A stretch of 64,000 bases of DNA from Camelus dromedarius (Eukaryota), in the NCBI RefSeq assembly GCF_036321535.1, contig NC_087437.1, positions 28,336,001 through 28,400,000 of the forward strand, written 5' to 3'. The notes beneath the pieces were generated by a model that did not search any database, had not been told where the DNA came from, and saw only the letters and a list, made by a program, of their open reading frames with translations. The stretch's first letter is position 1, and each line of letters starts with the position of its first letter. Shown piece by piece: positions 26,201 through 37,757 of this stretch. The translations under genes and the position numbers were made by a program.

Positions 26201-28549
26201 AAGCCACTGAAATTTGTGATTAACTGCTAAGCTACTGGGGACATTTAGAAATAGCTTTGGTGTGCTGCTCCAATTTTATAACTTTGATAGTAAAACTAAG
26301 GTCATCACTATCAAGCATGACTTGACTCTGCTTCATTTATACGTTTAAAATTAAGAACCCACGTAATGCCTATTATTAGACACAATTAGCTTGTTATTGT
26401 TGTGCCTATGTGTATAGCCTTCAGTACCAGAACAATCCAGAAGTATTATGTAGAAAGTTCTAATTACAGAATATTAGAGTGGAGGCTATGTCAGCGAACA
26501 TCTCCACGGAACCCCTTGGTCCTAAAAAGTGAAATAACAGCTAGCCACACTGACACCTTGCCTTTAGGCAGGACAGAAAGCAGGAGCATCCTACTGACAA
26601 ACGCCCTGTGGCGCTTATCAAGTCCAAGGAAGAAGTTATAAATTGGTGGCCATTGGGCTGACTTGGTGCAAAAGCTTTGAAAACAACTTCAGACAGTGTA
26701 CAGAATTAGTCTCATTCAGTGAGTTTTTCTTTAAGCTGATAATTCATTTCAGGGAAAAAAGAAAACTCTTTACCACTTTTACTAGTTGAGTGGCTTTGAA
26801 CAAATGGCTAAACCTCTTTTTAAAAAAAGATTGGGATACTTATTTCAAGCATTAAATAAGATTATGCCTTGTACTTAACAAATATTAGATGCCAATTAAC
26901 TGACTTTTTGCTCAAAAGGAAATTGAAGCCACAAAAGTACAGGGAATGGGAAAAGAAATTAAAGAGTAGAAGAAAAAATAGGAAAGAAAATACAGTTGTA
27001 TCCCAAAGTCCCTTCAGATGTCTCTTACTTAGAGAATTAAAAAGGCTCTTTCCAGAATATTTAAAATATATATCTGTTAATTTAGCAGCAAGTGCTAGCT
27101 AGGAGTATATATTTATTTGACAAAATACTACTTCAGTGGAAGAATTTGGATAGTCTTAAGGATGCATTATAAGATTTGAGTCTCATACTCTGTTGTGTTG
27201 GAAATCTTTAAAGTAAGTATCTTTCCTCATCAAAATGACACCTAATCCTACATTTTTTGCATAAAATAAACTTACTCCTGACCAAAAAAAAAAGAGGTGT
27301 AATAAACATGCTTGAATTTTTTATGCTTCCCAAAGACTTCTCAAAGGTGGACTCTGAATGAGGATCTTTTTTCCGCTGCAGTGAGCTGTATTTTAAGAGA
27401 GCAGGAGGGAATGAGATTGGCCAGGAAAATGAGCTCTGGACCTCTGATGTCCTGGAGCAAAGAAAGAAGAAAAGGCAGAGAAGGAGGGGAGAAATCTCCC
27501 TTTGTCAGGATTTTCAGCCACAAATCTAGCCCTTTATTTGCCAGCCACCTGTTTCTTGTCCTCCAGCTTAGATCTTTTGCTGTCCTGACCGTTTATTGCT
27601 AGAGGCATCTTGGTTCTCACCTACATCTCTGGCTTTAAACTTGACTAAAACCTGCACAGCTCTTCTCTTTTCCTGAAAGACATTATGTGCTCCCTTCCAG
27701 TCAGTGACAGTCTTATGCCCAAGGCCATCCACCACCTATTCAAGCTTTTCCACCTCAACTCGAGAGATCCAATTCACCCATCCTCCCACTTACACTTTTA
27801 TCACTACTGCGCAACCCCTCATTCTTTCCACAAAAATGAACACGCATAAGAAGAGTATCTGTAGGAAAGACTGCTGATGGCTCTGGAAAGTTCAGAGATA
27901 TCCTTCTGCCTCAAAGCAGGAGTTAATTTAAATCATCTCATACAGATTAATTATCTCTCTCTCTCCCTTTCCATCTCTTTTCCCACCCCACATCCCTAAA
28001 AAACTATGTCTAACAGTGATTTGTGATCCAACTCTGGCAGCAAGGTGGGCATTTGTAGTCACAAGTAAAAGGGTTTAATCTGTTATTTTTGTCCATAGAA
28101 CCTTGAGATGAGGAAGCGTTTACATTGACAAGCCAGTCAAGATAAGTTCTTCAGAGGGTCCGTCAGGAGGAGGCAAATTACAGTGGGGATTACTGGGCAG
28201 TTCATTTGTTCCTGCTTTTCTCCTGTCCTGTCACTTTCCAGAAAGGTTCAGAGAAAAAAAGTCACAGTTTTCACTACAGTTCATTCCAGTGACTCTCCTA
28301 GGCTTATGGCTAAAAAGCTTAGTTCTTTAAAATGTCCGTCTCCCTTCTTCCTACAGCTGTTTATGTCCACTTACCGCCTTTGCTGCATTGGTGGCAGCTG
28401 TTCAGTCTCCCAGTGTCTCTGAGACGGTTTGATGCCATCATGATGTCTAACTTATGTCAACCCTGTTCCTTCTGCCTTGCTTCCTGAGGCAGAGTCTCAA
28501 TGTTTTCATCATTGTTCAGTTTCCAAGATCGTCATCGTAGTTATCTTGT

Positions 28550-29025
28550 CTGTATCAATTAAGGACTGAGACTCCGTAACAGTCTTAACAGAGGCAGAGA
28601 AAAAATACGGTTTTCTTTCGTCTGTCTCATGTAACAAAAAGTCTGGAGAGAGTTACTGGTGCTGGTTCATCAGCTCAAAAAATGTTAGGACGTAGGTCTC
28701 TCTTTCCTCTTGACATTTGTGATCGCAAGGTGTCTGCTCCAGCTTTAGTCCTCAGATCCAAATTCCAGGTAAGACAAAGGAGGATGGGGAAAAGGCCAAG
28801 GGGCCACATGCCAGATGAAGCAGTTCATCTCTTCAAAGAGATTTCCTAAAACTGCACTCAGTCACCTTTGCTTACATTTCACTTGTCAATAATAACTCTA
28901 GGAAAGATTAGAAAGTTTAATATTCTAGGTAGGCTCATTGGCCTTCACACAAACATTTTATGTTTTGTTAGAAAGGGGAAGAAAAGAGTGAGTATTAGAT
29001 AAGCAAGAAGCAGCATGTACTACAT
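28550..29025 (-). mobile_element. Old MaLR LTR (MLT1J-like)
   Basis: tgtatcaattaagga...tctcatgtaacaaaaagtctggag...gatcgcaaggtgtctgctccagct...ctttgcttacatttcacttgtc. Confidence 0.6.
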
Positions 29026-29071
29026 TATTCATAGTGGAAAGAGCAAAGGTCTTTGAATTACGACCCCTGAG

Positions 29072-29394
29072 CGTGATGGTTAATCGATGTGTCAACTTGG
29101 CTAGGCCATGATACCCAGATATTTGGTCAAACACTAGTCTGGATGTCCCTGTGAAGATATTTTTTAGACGTGATTAACATTTAAATCAGTAGACTTTGAG
29201 TGAACTACTTTCCATAATGTGGGCAGACCTCATCCAATTAGTGGAAGGCCTAAGCAGAAAAAGACCTCAAGGAAGAAGGAATTCTGCCCCCAGACTGCCT
29301 GCAGACTCAAGCTGCAAAGTCAAAATCCCCCCTTGGGTCTCCAGTTTACTGGCCTGCCTTGCAAAGTTCAGACTTGCCAGTTGCCCCAATTACT

Positions 29395-29451
<57 letters not shown>

Positions 29452-29488
29452 ATTGTTTTTGTTTCTCTTGAGAATCTTGACTAATTCA
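29072..29488 (+). mobile_element. MLT2 (ERVL) solo LTR inserted into a MIR
   Basis: Start gtgatggttaatcgatgtgtcaacttggctaggcc, internal microsatellite and end gtttctcttgagaatcttgactaattca are typical of MLT2. MIR-like sequence lies on both sides. Confidence 0.9.
29397..29448. repeat. Perfect (AC)26 microsatellite within the MLT2 LTR
   Basis: Seen directly. Confidence 0.97.
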
Positions 29489-30432
29489 CTGGTCTTGAGT
29501 TTGGGGTCCTAGACTTACTAGTTAGTTACTAGTTGGGCAAATTTGGACAAGGTAACTGGGGTCTCAGGATTAGTTGAACTAAATCAGGAATGTTAAGGCT
29601 GTGCTCTAAAGACCTTGAATATGTTTGCTTATGGTAGAGGAGGGAGGAATCTTGGAGTCCTCATTTCTGCACTCTTTATTTCTCTCAACTGCACCTTTAT
29701 TCCTATTTAGTTGTTATTTTAATTGAGCTTCTCTATTCAACTTCACTTGAAGAAGTGGACCTACTAATTAAAATAACACACCAACAGATCTTTAAGTTTC
29801 ATTCCAGTTCTAACAAAAACTGCCATAATTAAGTGGATTCAGCTCAAGGCATACTGGTATCTCTAACTAACCGGAGGGACCATGATACCCAGTTGGGACT
29901 ATGGCTAAGGCAATTGACCCTCAGAGTATATGAGCTCCCACCAAAGTATCAATGCCCCAGATGACAGTGCCTTAAGAAGAGCTGTGAACCTAGACTAGAT
30001 TAGTGTAATATGCAGGGGGTTCAGTCCAGTGAGTAGAGAGTAGCAGTAGGTGTTGGCAGATAGTGGTGATAGTTGAAGTCAGGCAGATTACAGAGGATAA
30101 CGCCATTGTTCAGTCTGAGCCTAGGCTACATAAGTAATTTTCTGCCTCTCCCTGAGGTGAGGGAGACACTCCTGATAAACTCACTCCTGATCAGATTGCT
30201 TCAAGAACAGGGGGGTTAATTTTGATGTGTTAAGTCTCTGTTATCAAGGTGAGGCTGGCTCCTGCAAGTAAGGTCTGACACTAGAACAGTAACCTTTTTA
30301 TTGTCTAAGACCCTTTGTTCACAGGAGAAACTCAGTTAAAACTCTGTGAAATAAATAAATCCTCTGCAACACGGCAGCTCCAAATATGAGTCAGCACAGC
30401 GTTGAATGTAAAAGCATCATTTTCATATTCTT

Positions 30433-30475
30433 AAGATGCCCTCATTAAAAAAGAAAAAAAGATGCCCTCATTAAA
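30433..30475 (+). mobile_element. Solitary oligo(A) insertion flanked by a 17-bp direct repeat
   Basis: aagatgccctcattaaa at 30433-30449 and 30459-30475 around aaagaaaaa. The left edge TT|AAGA resembles an L1 endonuclease site. Confidence 0.7.
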
Positions 30476-30493
30476 GTTTAGATTATTCTCCCT

Positions 30494-30618
30494 TCACAAA
30501 AAAATAAAATCCTTCTTATTCCAGTTGTAAGAACATTTCTGGAGAAAGACTTTTAAATTAACAGAAGAATTGGTATATGGTGCTTTAAACCATCTTACCA
30601 TGTTATAGGAAAATATGT
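30494..30618 (-). pseudogene. Candidate terminal exon of the decayed minus-strand gene
   Basis: Strong acceptor tgctttttttctttttgtag. Phase-1 open frame (D)IFSYNMVRWFKAPYTNSSVNLKVFLQKCSYNWNKKDFIFL then stop. Minus-strand AATAAA at 30297-30302. Confidence 0.35.
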
Positions 30619-30844
30619 CTACAAAAAGAAAAAAAGCAATTTTTATTTTAGTATGGTGAAATATGATACAAGTAGAGCTTATTATAGGGACTAACTCTAT
30701 CACTGACCAAATCAATTCTCTGAAATCTGACCAGTCTCCTTTTTGCCTTTCATTCAGTTTATTCTATAGTAGCTTTAGGAGGGGTAATTTTGACCAAAAG
30801 GGTATCAGATATAGCTTGAAACTAATAGTTTATAATCATTGGCA

Positions 30845-31110
30845 GTATAACTGGTTAGGAGCACTTCTTTTTTTCTCTTTTAGTTAGAAGCATCTGATTT
30901 CAAATCCTGGGTCTGAATACTTACTAGCTGTGTGATCTTGGACAAATTACTTAGTCCCTATAAATCTTAATTCCCTCACTCGTTAAGTAAGGATAGTAAT
31001 GTTAGTAACTATTTCTTGATAGGGACTGACGTTGAAGATTTTATGAGGAAGTTTGTATAAAATACTTAGCTAAGTTCCAGGCACATAATGAAAATTTGAT
31101 AGATGTTAGT
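30845..31110 (+). mobile_element. MIR SINE
   Basis: ttcaaatcctgggtctgaatacttactagctgtgtgatcttggacaaattacttagtcc...ttccctcactcgttaag. Confidence 0.85.
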
Positions 31111-32220
31111 TACAATTTTTCCATTTTGAAACAAAATGATGGCTACATTTAATAGATATAAATTATCTTTAATTTCTAAATAGAAGTGACATCTGGTAAC
31201 TGGTCATGATTAAAATGCTCTCCTATTTACAGTGTTTCTTGTTTGCACATTAGAAATAATATCTTGGTAATCCCATGGTCTAAAATAGTTCTGCTCACTG
31301 TAACTTTGGAGAAAGATTCTCATGAAATGAAAAATCATATTTCAGATCAATCAGTATAGGATCAGAGAGGAGATAAGATCAGGAAAATGAGTAATGAAGG
31401 ATGGGGAGGGGAGAAAGAGAGGGAGGGAGGTAGAATAAGAAAGTGGGAGAGCGAGGCTCTATAAACAGCTTAGGACCACCGGCTTCTGGGTAATTAGAAC
31501 TGAGCCCTCAGCACTGGGGCTGATCAGCAACTGAACCTCTGCTCTCCACTCCTTAGAGACCCCTCCACTGAGCATCCCTGTTGTTCAGACTCCTTTCTTC
31601 CTAGTGATAGCTTCAGAGTGGTCTCAAGGTGATATTCACGGGAGCTGTTTTCAAAATACCCAGAGGTTAATGCATTGCAGCTAGTGTTATTTTCTTACTT
31701 ATAATTTAGGAATTCGAACTCCGTAGGATCACAATTAAGGAAAAAATACAGGGAGTGAAAGTTATGAAAGATACGAAGCTTACTGAGGAACCAGCGAAGT
31801 AAAAATTTAGCTCAATGGCCTAAGGATAAGTTTGGAATTGCTAAGTATTGTGAAATAAGGCAACTAGTTGTGAGCTAGAGTCAATGGGCTTAAAGCTAAG
31901 ACTGAAATCAGAAAGACTGCCAACTGGCAAGAGAGGCTAAAAATAGGGCTGACTGAGGATACCTACATGCATTAGTGAGGACGCAGTAGGTCTCTTAGGG
32001 AGACTGGCATTGTTGGCAGTTATTCAAGCTGAGAGGCGATCGGGGGAACAAGCTGGAGGTCTGAAACTCCCATATACTTCAGCAGCATCTTGATCAATAC
32101 CTCTAATCTATTCTGCTGTGATAGGAAGTCTGTCTCTGTTTGTTTGATTATTTAGCTTTAATCACTATTTAAGTAGCAATAGCACAGTTGCTTACAAATC
32201 TATATTTAACTAACATCTAC

Positions 32221-32500
32221 CGTGCACTTTTTCTCATTCTTACTCTGTCGAAAGTGGCATACATTTTATGTTCGTATCTGTAACGAAGGACATAACATTT
32301 CTGTTTTTCAGTTTTTTTCTTTTGTTGTCATTTGTTCTGGTGCAAGTTCTTCATCTCAGCCAAAAAGAGTGAAATGCTCAGTAACTGGGGAAGGCGGTTT
32401 TCAGTCCAAGTGGGTGTGTTATCTCGGGAAACCCACAAGCAAGAAGTTTGTAGCAGACATGAGAAACTCCATGTATTGAATAATAACATTCAAAGCTTCT
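32221..32500 (-). pseudogene. Candidate degenerate exon (5' boundary uncertain)
   Basis: 3' part reads DEELAPEQMTTKEK-(frameshift in an A-run)-TEKQKCYVLRYRYEHKMYATFDRVRMRKVH, then phase-1 donor G|gtagat. Confidence 0.3.
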
Positions 32501-32559
32501 TGCATGAAAAGTTCAGATGTATGCCATTATTATTGTTATTTCCCTTATTTCCATTCTGA

Positions 32560-32800
32560 CTGATAGTGTGTTGAACAGGAAAGAACATTAACTCTTGGGC
32601 CACCCAGACAATGTTTGGATCCTGACTCTCCCACCTACTCTAGTTGTAACCTTGAGCAAAAGACTTGACCTCTTGGACTATCAGTTTCCTCTTCTATAAA
32701 AGTGAGATGCTGCCCATTTTGGAGAACTATTAGAATGAGATGAGAAAAAAATATATGGATAGATCTAGCACATGATAAGCATTCAATAAATTGTTGTTGT
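32560..32800 (+). mobile_element. MIR SINE
   Basis: ggatcctgactctcccacctactctagttgtaaccttgagcaaaagacttgacctcttggactatcagtttcctcttctataaaag. Confidence 0.8.
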
Positions 32801-33359
32801 TTTCTTTATCCTTGTTATCACTAATCATATTTTCTCATATTGGCAAATCACTCTAAAACATTGGTGATTTTGCATATATGTTCTATGAAAGTATCATACT
32901 TTACATGCTTTACTAATTAGAGAACACCTGTGATTGGACAAAGCTCTTGAAAAGATAATGCTCTTAAAGCAGAGAATTCACAGAATTTATGTGATGATGA
33001 TGATGGTACTAGTTATTTCTACTTTCAGAATCTTGGTGCTCAATTCTTTTTTTAAAAAAAGGTTGATCATTTAGTAAAGGCAAAGTAAGACACAATTCCT
33101 GCCATCAAGAAAAATTAACCTGGTGTGGAGTACTGACCAAACACGGGGAAGAAAAATCTGATGGGTGTGGTAAACATGATACTAGTAAGAGAAAGTTGGA
33201 TAAATGGATCAGTAAAGGCTTTGATGGCCTTGGAAGAATTTAACATAGGGACATGCGGAATCAGGTGAAGAGGAGGGAATTTTCAGTAAAAGAACCAACA
33301 TGATAGTAGATGCAGGAAACTGGGGCATGTTTGGAGATAAAATAGTAACAAGTTATAGA

Positions 33360-33655
33360 GCAACTTTTCCCAAACTCTTTTAGTAGGTCAGTTTTTTTTT
33401 CAAATAAAATTTCATGCAGAACCCTAATATGTCAAATGTTCCAAAGTAGTAATGAGTTTTATTCTGTAAGTTCAAATTTAGCACAATTACTCCTATAATG
33501 CTCTGGTCTAATGACATGTAGACATTTGAACCCCAGGATAACAGACAATGGTGGCAGTCTCAGCACCCGTCGCACTTGGACCAAAATTTCATGTAACCTC
33601 TGAAGCACGTCTTTGGGTCATTAGTATTGCAGAGAATTTAATTGAAGACCCACTG
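33360..33655. mobile_element. hAT-Charlie-type DNA transposon remnant within L2-like sequence
   Basis: Ends caacttttcccaaact ... ttgaagacccactg resemble Charlie terminal inverted repeats. Confidence 0.45.
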
Positions 33656-34488
33656 GGATAGAAGAATTTGAAATAGAGCCTGACAAGTTTGTCTTAACTC
33701 AATTGAGAATGGGAGCCTTTGAAAGTTCCTTAGCGTGGGAATGACATAGGATAGCACTGCTCTAGAAAGATTAATTTTATCAAATGAGTGGGATAAACTG
33801 GAAGAAAAAAGATGAGAGATAAGGAGATCCTTTAATTATCAGACTGTTGAAAGAGTGCAAAAGGGGCTGAACCAGGGCGCAAAACTAGGGTGGGTGGGAA
33901 TAGATTTATTCATTTACTTTCTAGCTTAAATTGCAACTTTATTTTCCAATAAGAGAGCCCTATTTTAATGTCACAGTCTTAACAGTACCATTGCTATTAT
34001 TTCTTCTACAATAAACATAAAATTTTGTTGGTTTTTTAAAAACTTCAGTTCTTTGGAAATTAACTGCTACATAAGAAGTGAAACCTTTGTAGAAGGTAGA
34101 TTTTTATAATAGTGCTTGGTTGGAAATGCTGATCTGAAGATTTTTTTTTCCCCCTTTAGGACTTTAGTTCTTTAGCTCTTCTTTATCCATAAAGACTCTT
34201 AGGTTACTCTGTTTTGATTACTCTTAAGTTACTCAACTAAATATATATCATGTGTCACTCTTTAAATGTATTATAAATTTTTAAATAACTGGTTTAAGTT
34301 AAGTCCACACCCCTTAATTTCTATTTTTTGCTATATAAACTTGATGGGGTCTTAATTTTCCTTAAAATCTTTCCTAAAGAGTAAGCTTTTCATCTGACAC
34401 TGGAACCAGAGTGTAGAGAGAAAAGATGTTAATAGCTTTGCTGCAAAGCTTTAGAAATTAGAAGCAAATATTCTGAAGGCATAAATAC

Positions 34489-35008
34489 CATGTCTAAAGG
34501 CTTTATAACACCTCATTTATCAATCATCACCAATAAAAGTAATATTCCATGTAAGAGAAAATTCCAATCCTGGAAGCTTATCACTTTAGATGCCTTCTTT
34601 TTCCATTTCAGTCACTTTGAAGGAAGTCTTCTAAAATGCATTTCCCATTGCCCTGCTATTGAAATGACAGTATTATTCAAGTTTTAATGCTCTTTTTTCA
34701 AAATTCAGATTCCTTTTTGGTTCATATTTTGCCACTGCTATTTCCAAAGTGCCTGATTTTTTCATATTTCTCATTTGTTATTGCTAGTCAGCCTTTATGT
34801 ATTTTTTTTAATTGAAGTATAGTCAGTTTACAGTATTTGTCAATTTATGGTGTATAGCATAATAGTTCACTCATACATATATACATATATTCATTTTTAT
34901 ATTCTTTTTCATTATAGATTACTACAAGATATACTAACTACTATATGTAAAGTACATAAACAACAAGTTTGTACTGTATAGCACAGGGAACTACATTCAA
35001 TAGTCAGC
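34489..35008 (-). pseudogene. Candidate degenerate exon interrupted by an L1 insertion
   Basis: After removing the L1 and one TSD: pyrimidine tract, AG, then AD*Q*QMRNMKKSGTLEIAVAKYEPKRNLNFEKRALKLE*YCHFNSRAMGNAF*KTSFKVTEMEKEGI*SDKLPGLEFSLTWNITFIGDD**MRCYKAFRH, with donor G|gtattt. Confidence 0.3.
34796..35000 (-). mobile_element. 5'-truncated, 5'-inverted L1 3' end with an 11-bp TSD
   Basis: TSD tagtcagcctt at 34785-34795 and 35001-35011. Segment 34796-34932 is collinear with, and 34933-35000 is inverted relative to, the related copy at 35910-36220. Confidence 0.9.
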
Positions 35009-35909
35009 CTTCATGGACCATCAAAACAATCAAGAAAGAAACAAAAAAACAGTTGTTGTAATTGCATATAAAATGGAAGTCAAAATAAATGATGACTTTA
35101 AAGATTACTTTGTGGCAACCATGTAGCCATCAGAAGAATGTTACTGGCATCCTTTATCTTGACTCCAAATGTACAAGGTTATTGAATAAGGATTACCGAT
35201 TAAGTTGACTATTACTATGATTTTCTGGGACAATCATAAACTTGAATACTTAAATTTGATTCTAGGCGATTTATGTGAAAAGACATGATAGGAAGGACAT
35301 AGGGAAAATATCCCCAAACATTAAATAAATTAACCATTGTTTTTTGAGAGTCATGGCTGCAAGGAATGACGTCCACTCAGTGCTGGGTTCTGCTGGCTGT
35401 TACAGGGGAAGTTTATTTTCCTTAGCAGATAACCCTAGACTTCCATTGCACCCTACACTGCCCCATGTCATGGTCCATGTCATGTTATTCTACAAAATTT
35501 TTGTTTAAAACCTCTCTGCCCCACTAGACTTAAAAAAAAAAAAACTCTAATGGGAAAGATATGCCTATTTTATAGACACAAATAGATACACAATATGCAC
35601 TTATTTTCTGGTTGTAATTGAAAAGAATGTTGAAGGTCAGTGTCAAATCAGACAGATGCAAGAAACTGAAGCAATTAGGAATAACTTACTCTCTCTGGTT
35701 CCAGTCTTTGCAGTAATCTGCTACATAAAAACCAAAACTAAAAAAACCCAAAAACCAAAAACCTTCTACCAAGCCCTCCATTTTATCTCTATCCTAACCT
35801 TCCAATATCTTTTCCAGAACTTCTGGATAATGATTTAATGATTCTATGCTCCCAGCAAGCCATTTGTTTGTGTTCATCAAATGCACCGTTGAAGTTCTCT
35901 CCTATACCA

Positions 35910-36220
35910 TTTTTTTAATTGTTGAGGTATAGTCCAGTTTATAATGTTGTGTCAACTTCTGGTGTACAGCACAATACTTCAGTCATACAGGAATATACAT
36001 ATATTCATTTTCATATTCTTTTTCACCATAAGCTATTACAAAGTATTGAATATAGTTCCCTGTGCTATGCAGTATAAACTTGTTTATCTATTTTATATGT
36101 ATTAATCAGTGTCTACAAATCTCGAACTCCCAGTTTATCCCTTCCCACCCCCGTCTGCCCTGGTAACCATAAATTTGTTTTCTAAGTCTGTGAGTCTGTT
36201 TCTGTTTTGTAAATAAGTTC
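35910..36220 (-). mobile_element. L1 3' end, 5'-truncated (artiodactyl/camelid-type)
   Basis: T-run followed by aattgttgaggtatagtc...tgaatatagttccctgtgctatgcagta...cctggtaaccataaatttgttttctaagtctgtgagtctgtttctgttttgtaaataagttc. Confidence 0.9.
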
Positions 36221-36409
36221 TAGACCTTCTTTAAAATCTTTTGGAATCAGTTCCTGGCTCTGATTGACTGACTCTCAAGTACGCGGGCCAGAGAGGATAG
36301 GACACTGATTACAGTCATCATTTTTAGTTTGAAATCAACCTTTGAATAAACCTTAAAAGTGACAGGGGCTTCAGGTAATCCCAACCACAGCTCCCTTTTA
36401 TCCTTCTCA

Positions 36410-36600
36410 GTATGTGCTTTAAACAGAACTAGGCCTTGTGTACACGTCCTTTATTATCCTGATAAGTTACTTTTAGACCCACCTTAAGGACGTAAAACTG
36501 AAGTTCGGAGAGGTTGAGTAGCATGTCAAGAGCACAAAAGAGAACATTACAGATCCAAGATCAAAGCCAGGTTTATCCCATGGTGCTGCAAACAACATCC
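36410..36600 (-). mobile_element. MIR SINE remnant
   Basis: aaactgaagttcggagaggttgagtagcatgtcaagagcaca...ccaagatcaaagccagg. Confidence 0.65.
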
Positions 36601-37288
36601 TGGTGTTTCCTGGTCTCCTTTCACCGTAAGGAAGCCTACACTTTCAGAAGCAACCTGGCATTTTCATGAAAGCTCCCCCGGACAACCTGTTCTCTTCAGT
36701 TGCCAAAGCCCTTTTCCTTCCAGGTTCTAAGCCTAAAAGGATTAATCTGTTAGGTTACAAATAGCTACATATGGAAACCAGATTGATACACAGCAGCCAG
36801 GAATTTGCCTTTTAGTAATAAACTTTGGACAAACAGACTTTTCAGGAACATGCTGGGATTTCAGGCACTGTCACCAGATTCTTGGAAGGTATTTGGGGGC
36901 AAAGATATATACTGAGGATCCATCAAAGGCAGAAGGCTGTTTCCTTAAGTTTGTACAATCTAATCTTTTCTAGTCACAGAATGACAATTTATAGTGAATA
37001 TTAGTGATAGTGGAAGAGTTGCTTTATTTATCAGGGAAACTTATTGGTGGAAATGGTCAATGTCTCTGTGTTTAATGTGTGGATTGAACAGGAAAGATGA
37101 AACACTGAGAGCAAAAGGCAGACAGGAGGACATGGCAATTGAAAGAAATGACAGAGGGAAAGCAAAGGCACCAGATGCTCTTTCACAGAGTAACAGTTTC
37201 CTTACCATGACAAGAGACAGAGGAAAAGTAAGATTTCATGCCTAGAGATGACAAGCAATTTTCCTCAATTTACAGTGTTTCTCTAGTA

Positions 37289-37496
37289 CAGTGCTGTCCA
37301 AAAGAATTTCAGTAGTGATGGAAATTTTTTTAAAAAATATATCTCAGCTGTCTAATAAGTACCCACTAGCCACATAGGGCTCTTCAACACCTAAAATGTA
37401 ACTAGTGCCACTGAGGAGATGACTGCTTTTTAACGTCAGTTAAATGACATTTAAACAGCCTCATGTGGCTAGTGGCTACCATATTGGATAGTGCAG
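37289..37496. mobile_element. MER3-like hAT-Charlie DNA transposon
   Basis: cagtgctgtccaaaagaatttc...ccactagccacat...catgtggctagtggctaccatattggatagtgcag, with internal inverted symmetry. Confidence 0.85.
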
Positions 37497-37638
37497 CAGG
37501 CAGAATAGAAGCTGAAGCCCTTTCTCCGTCTTTCACCCCTGTCAAATTAAGCAAGATGAGTTTTCATTAGGTCTCTATTTTTCCAAGTATGCCGAAGGAG
37601 CTAGGGTTATATTGCTGGTAGTACCTTTCAGCTTTTAC

Positions 37639-37757
37639 CCACGAGAAATCTAAAGCAAGTGAGATGATCAGACTTCCACACCTAGGTTCATCACTTAAGC
37701 TATCATAAATGGTGTTATTAAAATAAAAACAGTTCCATAAATATGCATTAAAAATGC
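37639..37757 (-). pseudogene. Candidate exon (119 nt, phase 1 to 0)
   Basis: cag|..IFNAYLWNCFYFNNTIYDSLSDEPRCGSLIISLALDFSW|gtaaaa. Stop-free and bridges the phases of its neighbours, but the pyrimidine tract is weak. Confidence 0.25.
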
